The notes under the pieces: model-generated | What the model was told of the DNA's origin: nothing | Databases searched by the model: none | The model's input: the letters and a program-made list of their open reading frames with translations, nothing else | IMG/VR virus record: IMGVR_UViG_3300013121_000012 | Span: 1 to 21,426 of that record | Length of the DNA: 21,426 nt | Source: a virus | Taxonomy: Duplodnaviria; Heunggongvirae; Uroviricota; Caudoviricetes | Direction: 5' to 3' (one strand) | Translations under genes and position numbers: made by a program | Shown: in pieces, positions 16,127 to 21,426 of the stretch | Layout of the letters: each line of letters begins with the position of its first letter | Position numbering within the stretch: the stretch's first letter is position 1

Positions 16127-17362
16127 ATGCTGAAAGTATTTATGTCCTTCATTCTCGGAGGAGTCTTTTCTTCCTGGATCCTTTACAAACACTTCTTAGA
16201 AATTGAAAATCAAAGGATTGTTCGTCACGAACGAATTCAATCAATAAAGAAAGATATTCGAGAGAGCGTATACATCGTTAAACCTAGCGATTCTCAAAGA
16301 CTTCAAGATTGCACTGATGAAAGTTATGTGTATCACGGTGGGAGATTGTGGACGCACGGATTCATGAAATATTTTGATCAAGCAGAAGATCCAATCAATG
16401 CTTTCACATACTCGTATTCTCCTGGAAATTATGTGTATCACTATTTTCACGGATTGAAAACGATGGATGAAGATACATTGGTTCTTATTGGTCTTCGTGG
16501 AGATACCGCTGGCCCGCACAGATCGGGTGTCACAAGTAATCTGTATCGAAGCATTTTCAAACCATACAAAAACACGATGATCTATATGCCTGCAACATTT
16601 CATGCGAAAGCAAAAGGAAAGCTAGAAGATCCTAATACAGTTCTGCAGAGCATTTGTCATAGACGTCAATACGATAATGAATACATTGGAAGTCATTGGC
16701 CAGGATTCAGCGATGGTCACACATGGCAAATCGTTAATAAGCTATTCAAAGATAAAACAAAATTCTTTGTGTTCGCTTATAGCAACGGACAAATCGTCCA
16801 AGATGATTTCTTCAGAACGTCATACTTAAACAATAAATGGAATCCTCAATGGGGAAGTGTAAGCAACGCATTTGAGTTTTTGTCAGAATACGATTCTAAA
16901 ACTAAGTTCGTCAATGATATCGATATATCTAGAATTTACGGAGTAGTTGATATAGAAACAAATTACTCCGGCGCATATCCAATCTGGGATCTAGGTAAGT
17001 TTCTTAAGAACCATATCGACGGCGAGAAAGGAAAAATCTATTACGCGGCATGTGGAATAGAATCTCCTGTTGCTATTAATCATGTGAAACTTATTCAGGC
17101 TCTTGGACTCATTGGATTCGAACAAAGTAACGGAGTCATACGTTATATGAATAATGCGCGAAACATTATTATAGACATTCTTACATACAACAAAGAAGAT
17201 CCATATTCATACAATCATGTTAACCTAAGCACTCAGACTGTGTTCTTAAAGGACACTAACATTATTGGTCATAGACTATCTCTTGGGCACTATCGGATCG
17301 TTCCATACATTACTGATCAGTTTGCAAAACTTGCCGCAGAGCGACGCATCTTATTAGATTAG
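16127..17362 (+). CDS. N-terminally anchored or exported hypothetical protein, possibly alpha/beta-hydrolase-like, 411 aa
   Basis: Hydrophobic N-terminus (VFMSFILGGVFSSWILY); FVFAYSNG resembles a nucleophile elbow; late His in LGHY. The fold call is tentative. Confidence 0.7.
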   Translation: MLKVFMSFILGGVFSSWILYKHFLEIENQRIVRHERIQSIKKDIRESVYIVKPSDSQRLQDCTDESYVYHGGRLWTHGFMKYFDQAEDPINAFTYSYSPGNYVYHYFHGLKTMDEDTLVLIGLRGDTAGPHRSGVTSNLYRSIFKPYKNTMIYMPATFHAKAKGKLEDPNTVLQSICHRRQYDNEYIGSHWPGFSDGHTWQIVNKLFKDKTKFFVFAYSNGQIVQDDFFRTSYLNNKWNPQWGSVSNAFEFLSEYDSKTKFVNDIDISRIYGVVDIETNYSGAYPIWDLGKFLKNHIDGEKGKIYYAACGIESPVAINHVKLIQALGLIGFEQSNGVIRYMNNARNIIIDILTYNKEDPYSYNHVNLSTQTVFLKDTNIIGHRLSLGHYRIVPYITDQFAKLAAERRILLD

Positions 17363-17375
17363 TCAAATATACATT

Positions 17376-17591
17376 ATGACGTCATTCCGACAGCAACTTC
17401 AAATAATTCAAGAAGCCAGAGGCTCAATTAGCAAAATGAAGTGCGATATATGTGGTGCAAAACCTGATCGCTCTGATGCTGAGGATTATGATATGGCTAA
17501 GAGAGCGCAGCAGTTTGGGTATGCATATACTTGTAAGCATTGCTCACAGAGAAAACATATCAAAGACGTCGAAAACAAAAAGGTAATGTAA
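17376..17591 (+). CDS. Small CxxC...CxxC zinc-finger protein, 71 aa
   Basis: CDIC...CKHC; leader MTSFRQQLQIIQEA; AAATATA-N4-ATG upstream. Confidence 0.78.
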   Translation: MTSFRQQLQIIQEARGSISKMKCDICGAKPDRSDAEDYDMAKRAQQFGYAYTCKHCSQRKHIKDVENKKVM

Positions 17592-17618
17592 TCATAAGAT
17601 TATCAAAAGGAGAATAAC

Positions 17619-17771
17619 ATGGCAAAAACATTCAAACAACACTTAGTTGCAATTCAGGAAGCTGCAAAGAAATACATCTGTGAAGCTTGCGGAAAGAAAA
17701 TGACTGCAGAAGAATGCAAGAGTGCTACAGAAGAAACTGGCATGATTTGCGAAGCTTGCAAAAGCAAATAA
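17619..17771 (+). CDS. Small CxxC...CxxC zinc-finger protein, 50 aa (not in the ORF track)
   Basis: MAKTFKQHLVAIQEAAKKYICEACGKKMTAEECKSATEETGMICEACKSK*; AAGGAG SD; stop abuts the convergent gene. Confidence 0.8.
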   Translation: MAKTFKQHLVAIQEAAKKYICEACGKKMTAEECKSATEETGMICEACKSK

Positions 17772-18881
17772 TTACATTGTGCATCGAGGTATCGATGACA
17801 TGTTCTTACTATAATCGTATTCACCATCGTAATTCGTTACTTCCTTTATGAACTTGGAAGTATCGAAATACGTTGAGTACTTTCTTCCTCTCAGCGCTCC
17901 ATAACTTGGAGCCCAAACTAAATCATCCCGGCATTGAGCTGATATCGACTTAAATCCATTCTCTTCTTTGAGTTTATATATGGCGGCGTGAGGTCCACCA
18001 CCCGTGTGATAAACCACATACGCAGTCTTTTCTTTTCCGATCGCCATGAATATTGATCTGACTAATGTTCTGAATTCTTCCGGTGTTGTATACTCTTGAT
18101 CGATTGCATTGCTCACATAAATAACTATGTTTTTTGAATCGCTATCCATGAATCTGATTTCATCTAAGAATGACAATTGAAGATTAATCTCTCTGAGATC
18201 TTTTGATCTTGCTGAAAAATCTTTCAATGCCGATCTGCATGATTCAGTATCCGTTGAATGGCAGAACGTTTTCAATCCATTGTTTTTGTCTGGATGAGTA
18301 TACAAATCTGATATCGCATCTTCGTTATATTGTTGTCCGTAAAGATTGAAAACAAGACTACGGTGTGCACTGATGATTTTCCAGTCTATATCGATTGCGC
18401 TTAGACGATTGCACTTTATGTATGTATTCATGAGATATAGTTGTGAGAATCCAACCGTGTAGCAATCCTTGGTTTCGTCTTTAAGAAGTTTTCCGATATA
18501 GTCCATTGATTTCCATGCATACAAGTCATTCATCAAAAAGAAGTTTAGGCATCCGCTCATGAGTGATGAGACGATCCAATTGTACTTCTTCAAAGCAGGA
18601 TTAAAGGATCTGGATCCAGAGCAAAATTCTTTTGATGCATCATCAAAAGCCATTATGACTCGGTTAAATTCATGGTGAGTGTACGTAAGATTTCTTATCT
18701 TAAATGCTTCGGAGTGTCTTGGTCCTACAACGGCAGTGAATTTCGTTTTAGCGTTCTCTTTTTCTTGAAGTTCCAATGTGATCTGAGCTTCTTTGCGTTT
18801 TTTGGTCTCATAATGCTCCCAGTAAATTCCTCCTCCTGATAGTAGTATCACTGCTATAATGGAGAAGATCACTGATTTCAT
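17772..18881 (-). CDS. N-terminally anchored or exported Cys-rich hypothetical protein, 369 aa
   Basis: The only long minus-strand gene. Start reassigned to ATG 18881 (MKSVIFSIIAVILLSGGGIYW, signal/anchor), which removes the overlap with the 18912 gene; TACAAT lies 5 nt upstream. Confidence 0.78.
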   Translation of the reverse strand: MKSVIFSIIAVILLSGGGIYWEHYETKKRKEAQITLELQEKENAKTKFTAVVGPRHSEAFKIRNLTYTHHEFNRVIMAFDDASKEFCSGSRSFNPALKKYNWIVSSLMSGCLNFFLMNDLYAWKSMDYIGKLLKDETKDCYTVGFSQLYLMNTYIKCNRLSAIDIDWKIISAHRSLVFNLYGQQYNEDAISDLYTHPDKNNGLKTFCHSTDTESCRSALKDFSARSKDLREINLQLSFLDEIRFMDSDSKNIVIYVSNAIDQEYTTPEEFRTLVRSIFMAIGKEKTAYVVYHTGGGPHAAIYKLKEENGFKSISAQCRDDLVWAPSYGALRGRKYSTYFDTSKFIKEVTNYDGEYDYSKNMSSIPRCTM

Positions 18882-18911
18882 ATTCAATTGTATTGTCCGT
18901 AAATATAAAAT

Positions 18912-19088
18912 ATGCTCAAACCAATGCTTGAAGCCGCATCCAAGAAACCGGCATCCTACTATCTTAAAGAGGCGATTAGTAACCTTCTGGCGGCTACCGA
19001 TTCGGAATATGTTACCAACGATCTGAAAGATGAAAAAGCAATGCAGAAAATCAAAGACGCATTGCACATGATAATGTACGTTAAGTAA
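18912..19088 (+). CDS. Hypothetical protein, 58 aa (not in the ORF track)
   Basis: MLKPMLEAASKKPASYYLKEAISNLL...YVK*; AAATATA-N4-ATG upstream; fills the gap before 19112. Confidence 0.7.
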   Translation: MLKPMLEAASKKPASYYLKEAISNLLAATDSEYVTNDLKDEKAMQKIKDALHMIMYVK

Positions 19089-19111
19089 TTCTCCGCTATG
19101 AAATATAAATC

Positions 19112-20173
19112 ATGGTAAATTTCACAATCGAAGAAGACATTAAGTCATTTCAACATAAAATATTCACAGCTGAAGCTTTCGCAGGGAAAGACAAAAGACT
19201 CGACAACATTTTTTCTAGCAAGTCTCATGTTGTCAATGGCAAAGAAATTCCACTTGATTTTGGAGACAAACAGGATTTCTTCAAAAAAGCAGCAACGCAG
19301 CTTTTCGCAATTACAAAACGTGGTTCCAAAGATATTCCAGGGAACGTTCCATTTACCGCTGACGATATTGTGTTCTTGGTTAAAGAAGCTTCTCAGCATC
19401 CTGAATTTGTTGCTTCCGCCAGTACACCTGCAGCATTCGCTAAAGCACTGAAGGATGCGATCATGGACATCCTGGTGATAGCCAATAACTATGCTATGGC
19501 TCGCAGAATGGCAGATAAGTACAAAGGAAAGCTTGCATACGAACTTCCTAAGAACGATCTAATCAATCTCATTAAAGCAATAAAGACATCTCTCGGAATA
19601 TTAGTCAATGACACGGGCAAGAAGTTTAAAGTTCCTGATTCTGGATCTAAGATGCCTAATGAAATTATCAACTCTACGATGGATTATATTGTAAGAAAAA
19701 GAAGTCTAGCAAAAGATCCGAAGAATGATGCGTTTGCAGTCGTTCAAAAATACACTGGAAATCAGAGCCTCATATGGCCATCGATTCCTGCTAAGATCAC
19801 GAGTGGAGACAACTTCAAAAGTTTGTTCGCGTATCTTGACCGTGTTGCTAAAGGGGAAGAGAAGGGCGATGCAGATAAAATCATTGCTCGATACAAGAAC
19901 AAAACTCGTGATATGATTACTAAGAAACTTCTTATGGATCGTCAATTCAGAAAGCAACTAAGAGCGCTGAACCAAAGAGAAGAACTATCGAAAATGTCTG
20001 GTAGTGCAATTCACATAAAGCAATTGCAAAAGTTTGCTCGTGAACTTCTTAAACAGAACCCAGAATACAAGAGCCGACTCGCTGCAGATGGTATTAAAGA
20101 AACAGCTCTTGATGAAGTCGTTGGAATGATTTCTCTTCTAATCAAAAATGGTGGGTTAAGCGTAAAGTTCTAA
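19112..20173 (+). CDS. Hypothetical basic helical protein, possibly virion-associated, 353 aa
   Basis: Long ORF, AAATATA-N4-ATG upstream, translationally coupled into the neck-gene operon. Confidence 0.75.
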   Translation: MVNFTIEEDIKSFQHKIFTAEAFAGKDKRLDNIFSSKSHVVNGKEIPLDFGDKQDFFKKAATQLFAITKRGSKDIPGNVPFTADDIVFLVKEASQHPEFVASASTPAAFAKALKDAIMDILVIANNYAMARRMADKYKGKLAYELPKNDLINLIKAIKTSLGILVNDTGKKFKVPDSGSKMPNEIINSTMDYIVRKRSLAKDPKNDAFAVVQKYTGNQSLIWPSIPAKITSGDNFKSLFAYLDRVAKGEEKGDADKIIARYKNKTRDMITKKLLMDRQFRKQLRALNQREELSKMSGSAIHIKQLQKFARELLKQNPEYKSRLAADGIKETALDEVVGMISLLIKNGGLSVKF

Positions 20174-20694
20174 TGAAATACTTGCTTCGTAATTTTCTTG
20201 AGTCAGCGAGACTCGATAAGCAGCCGATGAAGCCGGATGATTTCGTCACGATCAGAAAGATTGCTGAAGAAGCGAGAGATATTATCCAGAAATATTTCAA
20301 AGACAGAGAAAAGGATTTTTGGTATTCAGTTACTCCGGATAATTTGCGTGGAGCATGTGCTATATCATCATTTTTTCTTCAAAGAAAACTCAAACAAGCT
20401 GGATACGACTCTAAAGTTCAATGCGTAGATTTTAAGTTTAGCGGTAGCCACTGTTTTGTAATTATTGAAGGTAATAAGAATCGTCATATTCTTGATGTCA
20501 CGGCGACTCAATTCGGGAAAGAGTTTCCAAAAGTTGTCATTAGAAGAGTTACTGAAAATTCTAAAAAATACAAAGACGTGCATTATCAAGGACATGGCGT
20601 CCCTGTTAACACGAAAGGATCCGACGAAGATTGGATCAATAAACACTGGATGAAAGACCAAACACCAGAAGGACATGAGGAGTTATTCAAATAA
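20173..20694 (+). CDS. Transglutaminase/papain-like Cys-His-Asp protein, 173 aa
   Basis: GAC(AISSFFL) helix-start Cys, SHCFV His and ILDVTATQF Asp in the usual order and spacing. Confidence 0.7.
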   Translation: MKYLLRNFLESARLDKQPMKPDDFVTIRKIAEEARDIIQKYFKDREKDFWYSVTPDNLRGACAISSFFLQRKLKQAGYDSKVQCVDFKFSGSHCFVIIEGNKNRHILDVTATQFGKEFPKVVIRRVTENSKKYKDVHYQGHGVPVNTKGSDEDWINKHWMKDQTPEGHEELFK

Positions 20695-21426
20695 TGGCTG
20701 AATTCACACAATATGTAGAAGATCCAAAGTACGAAAAGTATTTCAAAAACATCCGTACTCGAATTCTGCACAAATTAGGTTACCCAGTTATCCGCGTTGA
20801 GATGGTTACATCTCAGCTCAATGAAGCTATATTAGAAGCAGTTCAGAAATACTACGAGTATGCTGCTCTCGATTACGGATTCAGAGTTGTAAACTCTGAC
20901 GGCAATGGAGAAGTAGTTATTCCCGAAGATATTCATCCTAAAAGAATTGTCGATGTGATCTTTGAACAAGATGGCGATAGTTTTACATTTGGAAATTATG
21001 GAGATATGGCTCAGATTGGATGGGCATATCAGACTCCAAACTTTAACGATTTTGTTCAAGACTTTGAGATTGGTAAATACTACATGTACGTACAACAAAT
21101 CCAAGACTTGAAAAAAATTCTTCAGATCCAGAGAAACTGGACGATCGCCAATGGCAAGATACAATTATTCCCTAAAGATGTTGGCGGTGTAAGCAACCGC
21201 GTCGGAATTTTATATGGTGAAGTTCCTCACCTTAAAGAAATCGAAAATGAAGAGTGGATAAAGGATTACGCGCTTGCAGTTGCTAAGACTATTCTCGGAG
21301 AAATCAGAGAGAAGTTAGCATCTAGTTCTGGAGCTGGTGGACAACTCGCTCTTAACGGATCGCAATTGAAATCAGAAGGCTACCAAATGATTTCAGAACT
21401 TAAACAAGATTTGTATAAACGTCAGA
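20694..21426 (+). CDS. gp13: Neck protein (T4 gp13-like), 3'-truncated by the window edge (not in the ORF track)
   Basis: RILHKLGYPVIRVEMVTSQLNEAILEAVQKYYEY and WIKDYALAVAKTILGEIREK...GGQLALNGSQLKSEG match the gp13 N- and C-terminal motifs; GAGGA SD; TAATG coupling. Confidence 0.88.
   Translation, partial: MAEFTQYVEDPKYEKYFKNIRTRILHKLGYPVIRVEMVTSQLNEAILEAVQKYYEYAALDYGFRVVNSDGNGEVVIPEDIHPKRIVDVIFEQDGDSFTFGNYGDMAQIGWAYQTPNFNDFVQDFEIGKYYMYVQQIQDLKKILQIQRNWTIANGKIQLFPKDVGGVSNRVGILYGEVPHLKEIENEEWIKDYALAVAKTILGEIREKLASSSGAGGQLALNGSQLKSEGYQMISELKQDLYKRQ

Noticed and set aside
18882..19067. N-terminal 62-aa extension of the minus-strand gene given in the ORF track
   Set aside because: Overlaps the + strand ORF 18912-19088 and would bury the signal/anchor that begins at Met 18881.
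20832..21164. 110-aa minus-strand ORF
   Set aside because: Antisense to the gp13-like neck gene that runs off the window end.

Overview
Fragment of a large T4-like (gp23-type capsid) myophage genome, almost entirely coded on the + strand. Left part (early/accessory): partial DUF932-type gene, a ~410-nt gene-free and highly structured intergenic region, rIIA and rIIB, small ORFs, an AAA-type ATPase behind a sigma70-like promoter, a free-standing GIY-YIG/NUMOD3 homing endonuclease bracketed by a start-codon-sequestering hairpin and a complete type II hammerhead ribozyme, and a CX5R phosphatase. Right part (late): holin-like and u-spanin-like genes, a head module (acidic core protein, gp21-like protease, scaffold, gp23-like major capsid protein), accessory genes and a partial gp13-like neck gene. 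The most notable signals are the hammerhead ribozyme, the unassigned large structured RNA upstream of rIIA, about ten proteins with T4 capsid-targeting-like N-termini (candidate injected effectors, one with a Cys-His-Asp triad), and an AAATATA-N4-ATG motif suggesting leaderless late transcripts. Family assignments come from motif recognition by eye; no database search or folding program was run.
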